Virus record (IMG/VR): IMGVR_UViG_3300009702_000026
Span: 1,718 to 65,717 of that record
Source of the DNA: a virus
Direction: 5' to 3' (one strand)
DNA length: 64,000 nt
The notes under the pieces were generated by a model that saw only the letters and a program-made list of their open reading frames with translations, had not been told where the DNA came from and did no database searches. Shown in pieces: positions 36,600 to 47,300 of the stretch. Positions within the stretch are counted from its first letter, which is position 1. Every line of letters begins with the position of its first letter. Position numbers and translations under genes: made by a program.

Positions 36600-37009
36600 G
36601 CGAAGGCCCTCGACCGAAGGTCTTCGACGCCAACCACGACCGGTACAAGAAGTCGAAGCGGGAGGAGGACCGCATCGCGGCCAAACTCGGGGGTCAACGC
36701 CTTCCCCGCTCCGGCGGCCTGTCTTGGTCTGCGCATGACAAGACGACGGATGGCGGCGACTTGAAGGGCCGGCACATGTTGGTCGAGCACAAGCGCGTCT
36801 CGGAAGGCGTGAAGTCGATCGGCGTGAAGCGGGACTGGTTGGCCAAGGTGACGAAGGGTGCGTCGAGGCGCACGGACAAGGTACCGGCGCTTGTCATCTC
36901 CTTCGAGAACCCTCGGGGGCACGCTCAGGACTGGCTCATGATCCCCTTGGACATCGCGAAGCGGCTGATGGACGTTCAGCTAGAGGAAGGCGATGATGGC
37001 GAAGGGTAA
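36596..37009 (+). CDS. PD-(D/E)xK nuclease, Holliday-junction resolvase-like
   Basis: EDRIA..LGGQR.P.SG...GDL...LVEHK. Confidence 0.75.
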   Translation: MSEGPRPKVFDANHDRYKKSKREEDRIAAKLGGQRLPRSGGLSWSAHDKTTDGGDLKGRHMLVEHKRVSEGVKSIGVKRDWLAKVTKGASRRTDKVPALVISFENPRGHAQDWLMIPLDIAKRLMDVQLEEGDDGEG

Positions 37010-37379
37010 GCCGGTCTTTCTCTTGGATCTGTTGAAGATGCGAGGGGACCTTGCGGTGGACGCCCGAGGCAGTCTGAGGGTCATCCTCGACCCGACCCCT
37101 TCGGGGAAGCTCCATATTGCGCTAGAGTGCTGCGCGTGTGAAGAGATGCTGGAGTGGGATCACCACGCGACGTGGTGGTTCTGTCCTAGTTGCGAGCAAG
37201 AGTTTACGGATACGGAAGTGGAAGGGCTGCTAGTAGCCTGTGCGAAGGCCTTCGTTGCGGGCACCCGGGACGATCAGCCGACGGATGAGGGGCCGGACAA
37301 CGAGCCGGCTGAAACGGACGAAGGAAGAGAGGACGGACGATGGGGCGGTCGAATCATGAGCTGGATCAAGGGTCGCTGA
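36993..37379 (+). CDS. Zn-ribbon protein
   Basis: CCACEE...WWFCPSCE. Confidence 0.7.
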   Translation: MMAKGKPVFLLDLLKMRGDLAVDARGSLRVILDPTPSGKLHIALECCACEEMLEWDHHATWWFCPSCEQEFTDTEVEGLLVACAKAFVAGTRDDQPTDEGPDNEPAETDEGREDGRWGGRIMSWIKGR

Positions 37380-38197
37380 AGCCCCTCATCGCGGAGGCAC
37401 TGTTCGAGGATCGAGCGGTGCCTATGTTGACGCCCGACTCCTGGCTGCGAGTCTCAGCGCTCGCGGGGCTGTGCGCGCGTGAGGAGGTCATCTGCTCGGT
37501 GGATGAGCTGGTCCGCAAGGACCCGATTTCTTCCGACCTGATGATGATCTTCGAGCACGGTCACTCGCTGCACTGGGGCCTCCAGAATAGGGTGCTCCCG
37601 AAAACTCACACGATCCATGGGCGGTGGCGTTGCATCATGTGCGGCCACGTGCGCGGCGGCGCGGACACGTGGGTGCTTCCGCTCCCCGAGGACTTCCACG
37701 CGCGACAGCTCCTCCGAGGTGACCGCTGTCCGAACTGCGACGCCGAGCAGAACGCCGATACCTGCATCTATGTCGAGCAGTGGTTCAAGAACGAGGAGTT
37801 CCGCATCGCCGGACATCCGGACGGCTTCCTCCGCATCCCGTCCCTCGAAGGGCCCGGAGTCCTGGAGGGGAAGTCGATTAGCTCCAGGGGCGCCTGGGAG
37901 GTGCGGAGCGTACCGAAGATGGACCATGTCGTTCAGGCGATGACGTACATGTGGTTGACCGGGTGCAGGTGGGGAAAGATCGTCTATTGGAACAAGGGCG
38001 GGTACGGCAAGGACACCCTGATCGAGCACCACATCGAGTACGACGAGGACCATGTGGAGTCCATCCAAGAGTTGATCCGTAGCATCTGGAACGGTGTACG
38101 CGACGGGAAACTCCCCGAGAGGATCTGCGGTGACTCGGGCTGCAAGCGCGCGAAGGCCTGCTTCGTGACGGACGAGTGCTTCGGAAGGGGCGACTGA
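37340..38197 (+). CDS. Cas4-like / RecB-family exonuclease
   Basis: RVSAL..LCARE, GHPDG, LEGKS, QAMTYM, C-terminal Cys cluster; extra CxxC...CxxC insert. Confidence 0.8.
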   Translation: MGRSNHELDQGSLKPLIAEALFEDRAVPMLTPDSWLRVSALAGLCAREEVICSVDELVRKDPISSDLMMIFEHGHSLHWGLQNRVLPKTHTIHGRWRCIMCGHVRGGADTWVLPLPEDFHARQLLRGDRCPNCDAEQNADTCIYVEQWFKNEEFRIAGHPDGFLRIPSLEGPGVLEGKSISSRGAWEVRSVPKMDHVVQAMTYMWLTGCRWGKIVYWNKGGYGKDTLIEHHIEYDEDHVESIQELIRSIWNGVRDGKLPERICGDSGCKRAKACFVTDECFGRGD

Positions 38198-38571
38198 TGA
38201 GTCCCCACAAGCCCCTGATCGTTGACAGCCAGTACCTCCGGCCGCTCCCGAAGGCCATGTGGGACACGGCCTGCGAGCGGTGCGACAAGCGGCAAGCGAA
38301 GTGGTCCTTCTTACCGTCCGAAGCCGCACCCCCCTCGGGGGACTACCCCATGTGCTCGCTCTGTTGGCTCTACGAGTCCGAGTGGGGCAAGGGGCGACGC
38401 GAGGACCTCGACAAGATGATCCTCGACGTCCAGAGGGCGAAGGGGAGGATCTTTCAGCGCGCCAAGGGCAACAAGCTCTGGTCGTGCAAGGACGCGGACG
38501 TGATCCTCGGCGCCATCGTGATGACGTCTCGGATCTTCGAGATCCAGGCTAGGGCAAGGAGTGGCGAGTGA
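38197..38571 (+). CDS. Zn-binding hypothetical protein
   Basis: CERCD...CSLCW, TGATG coupling. Confidence 0.7.
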   Translation: MSPHKPLIVDSQYLRPLPKAMWDTACERCDKRQAKWSFLPSEAAPPSGDYPMCSLCWLYESEWGKGRREDLDKMILDVQRAKGRIFQRAKGNKLWSCKDADVILGAIVMTSRIFEIQARARSGE

Positions 38572-39128
38572 GCGGTGAGGTCTATGTGCTCGGGCTCGAC
38601 CCCGGCTTCGCGTCTTTCGGCTACTCCGTTCTACGGTTCACCCCGGAGGGCGAAGAGGTAGTCGCGGTCAATGTGATCCGCACGAAGAAAACTGGGAAGA
38701 AGCGGAACGTGCTCGCGTCCGACGACAACTTCCGACGCGCTCGTGCGATCGCCTCGGTGCTGCGCGAGGTCGTCGTAGGCTTCCAGCCCCGTGCCCTCGC
38801 CGCGGAGGCCCTCTCCCTGCCACGAAACGCGAGCGCCGCGGCAAAGGTCGCGATGTCTTGGGGCATCCTCGCGGACATCGTCGAGGAGTTCCAGATCCCG
38901 CTGGTTCAACAGAGCCCGCAGGGCATCAAGAAGACGCTGTGCGGCAAAGTCTCAGCGACCAAGGTCGAGGTCCAAGAGGTGGTCATGAAACGCTATCCGG
39001 GAGCTTTCCAGCCCTTCATGGACGCGACGCCGAAGGGTCAGTGGGAGCACGGGTTCGACTCGGTCTCCGCGGTTCTCGCGACGATTGACAGTGACGTGCT
39101 ACGGGCGGTTCGGGGGGCGACCCGATGA
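38568..39128 (+). CDS. ruvC: RuvC-like Holliday junction resolvase
   Basis: VLGLDPGFASFG, AAEAL, P..IKKTLCGKVSATK.EV, HGFDSV. Confidence 0.85.
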   Translation: MSGEVYVLGLDPGFASFGYSVLRFTPEGEEVVAVNVIRTKKTGKKRNVLASDDNFRRARAIASVLREVVVGFQPRALAAEALSLPRNASAAAKVAMSWGILADIVEEFQIPLVQQSPQGIKKTLCGKVSATKVEVQEVVMKRYPGAFQPFMDATPKGQWEHGFDSVSAVLATIDSDVLRAVRGATR

Positions 39129-39427
39129 GAGGCGTCAACAGTGTGATCCTCTCGGGGAATGTGGGGAAGGTCAACTTCGGCACGATGAACAGCGGCGCCG
39201 ACGTGCTCTCGTTCACGGTCGCTTCCGACCGCTACGGCAACGGTGACAAGATCACAGTCTGGGTGAAGATCAACGTCTACGTCGAGAACCTGATTCGCAT
39301 CTGCAAGTCGAAGCTGTCCAGGGGCGGCTACGTGATCGTTCAGGGCGAGCTGATGAACCGGGAGGGTCAGCACGGGGAGCTAACAGAGGTACGGGCCCGT
39401 GAGGTCATTTTTGTAGGAGGTCGATGA
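39125..39427 (+). CDS. ssb: OB-fold single-stranded DNA-binding protein lacking an acidic tail
   Basis: VNSVILSGNVG...FTVA...TVWVKINV...L..G..V.VQGEL. Confidence 0.85.
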   Translation: MRGVNSVILSGNVGKVNFGTMNSGADVLSFTVASDRYGNGDKITVWVKINVYVENLIRICKSKLSRGGYVIVQGELMNREGQHGELTEVRAREVIFVGGR

Positions 39428-40278
39428 TGAAGCAGCCGTATTTCATAGGGAATCTCAAGTTGAAGGACACGGACACTCCGGGCTCCGAGAACTGGAGCAT
39501 CAAGGTCCGGCGTCGCGCACGCACGCTCATGAAGACCCTCGATGTCGGGTACATGGAGCTGGCCGAGATTCTCTACCTGGTCAACGAGATGACCATCGAT
39601 GGGGATCCGAGAAAGGCTGCGGTCTTCAACGCCTGGGGCTACGACACCTTTGCCGAGTGGGCTGAGGACGAGCTGAACCTCCATCGTCGGAAGGCCGAGC
39701 GGCTGCGTCGCATCTTCTACGACATCAACCTGTTGGATCAGGACGGTCTCGAACCGAAGGTCCGCAAGCGGCTGATCGAGCTGGGATGGTCGAAGGTGCG
39801 AGACCTGCTTCGGGTTGTTAGCGTGAAGAATGCGGAGCAGTGGATCGATATGGGTGAAAATCTTAGCTATCCGGAGCTGATGGTCGCCATCGCCAAGGCG
39901 GTCGAGGAGGCCGAAAAGAAGAATCCCGGCGAGAAGGACCCGAAGCCTGCGCCCGTAAGTCTCCCCATAGACTTCAAGGACGTGAAGACCCTTTCCTTTC
40001 CTGTCTTCCCTGGTCAGAGGCAGACCATCAAGGATGCGCTGGTTCGCGCCCAGCAAGTGACGGGGTCGAAGATCCGCGGTCACAACCTGGAGATGATCTG
40101 TACCGACTACCTTGCGACCAACGACTTCCGCCTCGCAGACGATCCGAAGTCCGCGCTTCGGTACCTCGCCAAGATCGAGAAGCTGACTCGGAAGAAACTC
40201 ATCATCGTGGACCCCGAAACGCTCGACGTGGAGTACGGCATTGGCGTGCTTGAAGACATGGCGAAGGAGGAGGACTGA
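39424..40278 (+). CDS. hypothetical helical protein (DUF3102-like)
   Basis: GYMELAEIL...GYDTFAEWAEDEL...LGWSKVR pattern. Confidence 0.55.
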   Translation: MMKQPYFIGNLKLKDTDTPGSENWSIKVRRRARTLMKTLDVGYMELAEILYLVNEMTIDGDPRKAAVFNAWGYDTFAEWAEDELNLHRRKAERLRRIFYDINLLDQDGLEPKVRKRLIELGWSKVRDLLRVVSVKNAEQWIDMGENLSYPELMVAIAKAVEEAEKKNPGEKDPKPAPVSLPIDFKDVKTLSFPVFPGQRQTIKDALVRAQQVTGSKIRGHNLEMICTDYLATNDFRLADDPKSALRYLAKIEKLTRKKLIIVDPETLDVEYGIGVLEDMAKEED

Positions 40279-40517
40279 TGGCCGAAGGCATCACGATGCC
40301 GGTGCATCCGGACACGTTCCACAAGGACCTGGAGCACATGGCGGAGATCGTCATCAAGTGGCGCGACCGCGTGGGGAAGGAGGGCATCCCTGGGGTGGAC
40401 CAGCCCGCGGCCGATGCGGAGCTGCGATACGACCGGTTCATCCGCGAGTTTACCGGGGAGCTGCTCTACGTCTCCGGTAAGGCCCAGAACATCGCCTTGA
40501 TCCTGAGCGAACGGTGA
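40278..40517 (+). CDS. hypothetical protein
   Basis: 79 aa, TGATG coupling. Confidence 0.65.
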   Translation: MAEGITMPVHPDTFHKDLEHMAEIVIKWRDRVGKEGIPGVDQPAADAELRYDRFIREFTGELLYVSGKAQNIALILSER

Positions 40518-41332
40518 ACGACCAGATCCCTATCGAGTACCGGCTCGTTGACGTCGACCTTCTGGAGAACAACTCTTGGAACCCGAACTCGATGGAGCAG
40601 GCCGACTTCGATCGCCTCATCGAGGAGATCAAGGACGTAGGCTTCCTCGACCCGGTAGCGGTGGTGGAGTTGGAGAACGGGCGCTACCGGCTCATCGGGG
40701 GAGAGCACCGAAGTGCGGCGGCGCGAGACCTGAAGATGGAGCAGGTTCCCGCGGTCGTGCTCCAGGGGGCGAAGTTCGCGACCGAGGAGCTACAGAAGCT
40801 CCTGACGGTTCGCTTCAACGTGCTCTCGGGCAAGACGAACCCGGAGAAGATGGCCTTGCTCTACAACGAGATGGCCAAGAAGCACGGGGAGGACAAACTC
40901 CAACATCTCTTCGCGTTCACCGACAAGCACGGCTGGAAGAAGCTGGTCTCGCAGATCAAGCGCGGGCTCTCGAACGTGAAGCTGCCGAAGGAGCAGCGCG
41001 ACAAGTTCGATGAGGAGGTCAAGGAGGCCAAGACCCTCCACGACCTGGAGAAGATCCTGAACAACATGTGGTCGAGCTACGGCGACACCATCGGTCAGTC
41101 GTTCATGATCTTCACCTTCGGGACCCGTGAGCACATCTACGTCGCGATGGACAAGCAGACACGCGATGCGGTCAAGAAGATCACGAAGCACTGCAAGGCC
41201 GAGGGCAAGGACATCAACGCGGTGCTGGCTCCCGCGCTCCAGGCCCTCGGAGAGGTCCTCGCCAAGCGGACTTCCAAGGAGCCCGCCAAGAAGCCCACCG
41301 GGGTCAAGCAGGAAGATGCAGTCGAGTTCTAG
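40514..41332 (+). CDS. ParB/Srx N-terminal domain protein
   Basis: NSWNPNSM...LIEEIKDVGFLDPVAV...YRLIGGEHRSAAA. Confidence 0.88.
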   Translation: MNDQIPIEYRLVDVDLLENNSWNPNSMEQADFDRLIEEIKDVGFLDPVAVVELENGRYRLIGGEHRSAAARDLKMEQVPAVVLQGAKFATEELQKLLTVRFNVLSGKTNPEKMALLYNEMAKKHGEDKLQHLFAFTDKHGWKKLVSQIKRGLSNVKLPKEQRDKFDEEVKEAKTLHDLEKILNNMWSSYGDTIGQSFMIFTFGTREHIYVAMDKQTRDAVKKITKHCKAEGKDINAVLAPALQALGEVLAKRTSKEPAKKPTGVKQEDAVEF

Positions 41333-41341
41333 TCGTGGTAG

Positions 41342-41370
41342 CTGACTTTGGCCCCTCGGCGCAGTAAACT
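41342..41370 (+). promoter_or_regulatory. sigma70-like promoter
   Basis: CTGACT(41342)-17-TAAACT(41365) upstream of the 2082-aa gene. Confidence 0.5.
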
Positions 41371-41390
41371 CGTCGAGATCGAGGACCCGG

Positions 41391-44300
41391 ATGCTTCTTG
41401 AGCCCCATCGACCCTGGCGCCACCGCGCACTTATCCCGCTCGCCCTGACCGAGGCGGTCAAGACCGTCTACGTCGCCAAGTGGACTGACAAGCGCGTCAC
41501 GGTCTACGTGCCCGACGGCAAAGGGGGCGTGAAGAAGGTTGCGGTCGCCCATAAGAACCTCGGCAAGTATGCCCACAAGACGGTCGATCCCCCTCCCGGG
41601 CAGAAGCCTGTCGGCTTCGTTGCCGACCCCTCGAAGTACACGGGACCGAAGGACATTATCTCGGTTTCCGCGCCCAGCGCTGTACCTACGAGCGCGCCCG
41701 CGCCTGCGAAGAAGGCGAAGTTCATCCCGGTCTTCGACTGGGGTGAGAAGTCGGTCTGGGTCTGGGTGAAGAAGTCCGGGGGTCAGCCGGTCCTGACGGA
41801 GATCCCGCACAAGAAGATCAAGGGGTACGCGAAGCGTCTTGGTTGGGTGACTCAGAAGGTCAAACTCGTAGGAAAGATCGACCCTACCAGCTACTCCGGG
41901 CCTGAGGACATCTACCCCCTCGACTGGGATCCGGGGGACGGGTCTCCTGGGTTCATTCCGACGGTGACCAACTCGATCTCCACGGAGTTCGTTCCGGAGT
42001 ACGAGGACGAGAAGGCGGTGCCAGCGGCCGAGCCGGAGCAGGTCGTGATCAAGCCGATCACGGACCCCAGTGTCCCGAAGCTGAACATCCCTGCCGAGTT
42101 TGAGACCCTGAGCAAGACGGACCCGAACGGGTTCCCGCAGGTCAAGCACAAGGGCTCCGGCTTGCACTACTCCGTGATCTCCTCGGGCTCTCTCGCGGTC
42201 TGGGACAAGGACGTAGGCAAGTACCTACCGATCAAGAAGACGAGTGGCGGTTGGGACTTCGACCACGACGCGCCGATCATCTCTCCCAAGACCTTGAAGA
42301 AGACCCAAGAGGTCGAGTCCGGCAAGTTCTCGGGCCCTCCGGACGACCCGAAGAAGGGCATCAAGCGCGACGGTGAGGACCCGAACGGCCTTCCCGCGTA
42401 CAAGATCACAGACCCCGAGCCGTTCCCCGGAAGCGTTCCGGGCTCGATTGTCTATCTCCCTTCCGGGGAGTGGGCCTACCTGGACGGCTCGACCTACTAC
42501 ACGCTGGAGTGGGAAGACGGCGAGTGGTGGGAGGGCGACGCGGAGTACTCCGCCTCCGCGGTCGCGAAGATGAAGCCGACTGTGCTGCCCAAGGGGTTCA
42601 AACTCCCTGGCGACGGCTACAAGGTCAAGACGGCCACGAAGGACTACGTCGTCGTCCTGACGCCCGACGGTGAGTCCATCAAGTGGGACGCCAAGCAGCA
42701 CGCCTGGTTCCTCATGGACGAGCCCTGGAAGGAGTGGAGTCCACCGGTGCTCGGGAGTAAGCCGCAGCCCGTTCCGGGCACGGACGTCCCGGATGGTGCC
42801 CCGACTCCCCCGCCCGGCTTTACGGTGACCAGCGGTCCGAACAAGGCGGGCGCGTGGCCGCTCAGCACGAAGGACTTCCACGACGCCTCCAACTGGTTCC
42901 TCCTGCCCAACGGCAAGCTCGCCAAGTACGACGACTACAAGGGCACCTACGAGACCTACACCTACTCCGCGAAGGGCCTTGTGCTCGACAACGCCCCCGG
43001 GCTGACATCGGTCTCGGTGAAGATGCAGCAGTATTATCCGGAGCCGCTGCCGGTCCCTGACGGGTATCAGCTCGCAGGCTACGACCTGAACGGGCTGCCA
43101 CAGGTCAATCAGGGCAAGGGCACGAAGCTGGTCACACTGCTCCCGAACGGGATGACTGCGGTGTGGTCGCCCTCGAAGGAGGCGTACAAGACGCAGACTG
43201 GATCGAGCCTAACGCTCGGGCAGGTTCTCGTTGGGGACTTCGGATCGCTGTCCATTCCGAAGACCACGGTGGCCAAGGCTCCTGAGGAGGGCGCCTACGC
43301 GACGAAGTTCCTCGACAAACTCGACCCGAACGGGTTCCCGATGGTCGACGAGGTAGACCCCGATGATCCGGAGTCTCCCTACACGGCCACAGACCTGACG
43401 CTGATGCCCGACCAGACAGTCGCGAGACTGTCCACAGCCGGGTACTACCTGCTGTACAAGTGGGATACGGACGAGGGGTACATCCAGACCCACACCTCCC
43501 TCCCGGTGCAGGACGTGGAGCGCCTCCAGGCGTCCCTGGGGCTGACTGTCCAGGACTTCCGGTACCACAAGGTCGTGCAGGTCGGGGACGAGTCCTCTGT
43601 CGAAGCTGGGGGGCCTCCAGGGTTCGAGCTGCTCACTCCTACGCCCGAGCAGAAGGGGCTGATCCCCGCCAAAGCACTCGCAACGGGTAAGACCTACTTC
43701 CTACTTCCCGGGAATCTCTCAGCTCTCTACGACGAATCGTTTGTCGCCATCGGGTTGTACCCCCTCTACCAGGTCGGGCCCGGTGGGAAACTCACACACC
43801 TCAACAAGAGTGCCACGATCGAGATGCTCCGTGCGATGACCCAGGGGTATGATCCCGAGCCCCCTGATCACACGAAGTACGTCCAAGGCTCGAAGGCGTT
43901 CGACAAGCACGGTTACCCCCATGTCGTCGACGTCGAGGGGGAGAGGCTGACCCTACTTCCGAATGGCGAGGTCGCGAAGTGGGACAAGCCGACCAAGACC
44001 TATGAGATCTGGGCCTACGACTACGGGTTCGAGGGCTATTACCCTCGGCATCCTGAGAAGGCTTACACGCTGAAGCAGGTCGAGAAGTTGAAGCTGAAGA
44101 AGCTGAAAAACTTCAAGAGCGTGTCGCCCACCAAGATCCCCGAGCCGAAGGTGGCGCCACCATCGACCGCGGTCACCCCCGAAGAGCAGAAGGGGGTTCC
44201 AGTACCTACGGGGGCCAAGGACCTGAACGGCTACGCCGTCTACAAGTACGGCGATGGACAACCCTTTTCAAAGATCCCGATCGATACGGGGTGGGGTACG

Positions 44301-47300
44301 TGGAAGTCTGATGTGGGCGCCTATGCGATCAGGTACTACAACCAGACCACTGATACGTTCAACACCCAGCACAAGGGCTTCTTCATCGCGTATTGGTACC
44401 CGGGGGATACTCAGTCGCACGCCGGGCTGAAGAAGGGTGTGAAGGGCATCCCGAAGTGGAAGTTCGTTCCGAGCGCCAAGAAGGACCCGCACGGCTACCC
44501 GATGGTCCACCTAGCGCTCAATGGCAAGCGGCATAGCACCTATGTGCAGCTTCCTACGGGAGATCTCGGCAGGTGGTCGACTGCCAACAAGGCGTATCTA
44601 ATCCACACGATCGACAAGAACCCGATCCCTCCAGAGGCCATTCCGGTCTACAGCACGTCCGAGTTTTTCAAGCCTAAGATCGACGTTGGGGGGTACAAGT
44701 ACCCATTCGAGGTGAAGTGGAAGCTCCCGAAGGAGTGGAAGCCGAAGGAGAACGACGACCTGAGCGCGAAGGTGTATGGTTCCTGGAAGTACTCCAAGGG
44801 TACGACCACGGCGGAGCTGAAGCCGGATGGGGAGATCTACGTGACCTCAACCACCACCATCCCAGGGGTCCCGGAGCTATACGACCCCACCATCGGCTTC
44901 TATATTTCTGTCTGGGATCCGATGGTGGGTTACCTCGAAACCCCCTTCACTCCGAAGAAGAAGGTTCCTCCGAAGCCGCTAGGTATCGATCCGAAGCAGG
45001 TCGAGAAGGATGCGGCGGCGGCCGACAAGCCCACAGGTAAGGGGGCTTCGCAGCTCATCGCCGACCTGGCCGGAAAGCTCCCCGACATCGACGCGCTCAC
45101 CTACAAGGGTGATGGAGGGCATCTTGGGGGTGCGGGCCAGAAGAGCATCTTCGAGGATCCAACCACCGGCATGAAGTTCATCTTCAAGCCTGCACTGCCC
45201 AAGGGCGGGTCGAAGACCGAGGCCTTCCGCGCGCACGCTCAGGAGGCGTTCTCCGCGCTCGCTACGAGGGTGCGCGAAGACCACATCCCGATCAAGACGG
45301 TTACCTACAAGGGCAAGTTGGGCACGCTCCAGCCGATGGTCGAGCTGGACGCGAAGCAGTCGGACCTGAAGAAGGCCGGCGGCATGGCGCCCGAGCAGCT
45401 AACGCCTCAGCAACAGGAGGACGTTGGCACCGAGCACATGCTCTCGTGGCTGATGAGCCAGCACGACGACCACCGCGGGAACCTGCTCAAGACCAAGGAT
45501 GGTCGGATCATCTCCGTCGACAAGGAGCAGGGCTGGAAGTACTTCGACTTCGACAAACTCGACGTCGACTTCCATCCGAATAGCAAGTACGGCGAAGAGG
45601 AGCCGTTCTACAACAAGTTCTGGCGTGCGTTCTCCACGGGGAAGATCGACTTCGACCCCATGACGCTCAGGAAGCCCCTCACGAAGATCGAGGACATGGC
45701 TTCGGAGGACTACCTGAAGACCCTCAACGGGTACGCGCAAGCCTCCTTCCCGGGTGATGAGGTGAAGCAGTACCGGTTCCGCCAGAAGGCCCTCAAGCGG
45801 AAGCTCCGTCTGCGCAAGGACTTCGAGGACTTCATCACGAAGCTCTTCGAGAAGCGCACGGGGAGCAAGGGGACGTTCAACTTCGAGGAGGGTTGGCTCT
45901 CGGAGGGGGACAAGCAGACCAAGAAGTACAAGACGATCACCATCGAGGCGAAGGACCTCATTCCGCCGCCCGGTCAGAAGTCCACGCCGAAGACGGTGGA
46001 GGCCCAGCAAAAGTTCGGCATCGACATCCGTGTCTACCCCTACGAGTTTGTCGATCCCACTACGAAGCAGAAGACGGCCGACCCGACAAGGCTGACGCTA
46101 AAGATCCCCACGGGAGGGTCGAAGACGAAGTTCCTGGAGTTCTTGGATCAGCTCGGCCTGAAGCCGATCCCGTTCCCCAACGGCGAGGACACCCTTGTGG
46201 GCCAGGCGTATTTCATGGCGGCCGTCAACAGGGCGGAGTTCGAGAAGGCGTCCATCACGAAGAAGGTTCTCATCACGGGGGCGTTTGGTTCGACGCCCGC
46301 CAAGCCGCGCTACTGGCCAGAGCTGCCTGAGCCCGCAAAGATGAAGCCTACGCTGGAGAAGGACCTCAAGGAGCTGGACAGCAAGAAGCTGGGGCGCGAG
46401 GGGCACGCCATGCTCTCCGATGGTTCGGGAGTCGAAGGCCAGGCTGCGAAGGCGAAGCGGTGGAAGGACAAGAAAGGAGAGTTCTACTTCCTGACATTCA
46501 AGCTCAGGCCGAAGCTCTGGGAGAAGATCAAGTCATCCGGGAACACCACAAGCGCTTCGTACAAGTTTCACGAGGCTGACTACGATCCGAAGAAGGACCT
46601 CTTTGTTGAGCAGCCATCTAGCAGCTCGTCAGACACCGGTTACGAGTGGCAGTACGAGGGGGTTGAGTGCTTCCTTGCAACGGGCAAGTACACGTACCGC
46701 GGTCAGGTCTACATGAAGATGCGAGGTGTTAGCAGCTCTCAGATCCTCTCCAAGGCCAAGGCTGCGCTCAACTATGCCACCAGCGGTGTAGGTGACGATG
46801 TCTTCCGAGATCCTACGCCCGAGGATCGAGAGGTCATGAAGATGATGCGTCTCCTCTGGGCGCTGAGGCCACAGACTGCCGACAAACTCCCTGAGGAGGA
46901 CCGGACGATTCCGAAGTTGAGGGCCCGACTCAAGAAGCTGGGAGCGCTTTCGGACCTGGGTAAGATCGAGGAGCAGGAGGTCTTCAAGGGTTATCACAGC
47001 CACGTGATCCCCGGCCGCTGGAAGGAGATGGAGGGCCTCCTCTTTGTCTGGAACGGTATTGGCTCGCAGGAAGCCGCGCTCTCGATCATGCGGTCCGGGC
47101 TCATGTCCATCCACGAGCGCAATCTGGCCGGTATAGCCCGGTTCGGTACCTCGTATTCCTCCGATGAGGGGACGGGTTCGGGTGACGGCTCGATCTGCCG
47201 TGTCGCGGTGAAGAAGGGGTCGTCACACTCCTTCAGCGGCCACCACGGGGCTGGTAAATATCAGGCGATCTTGCACCCGGACGTGATGGACCGTCTTGAT

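Noticed and set aside
37340-38197. CRISPR-Cas locus suggested by the Cas4-like gene
   Set aside because: No cas1/cas2 and no repeat-spacer array seen. Solo Cas4-like nucleases are common in phage recombination modules.
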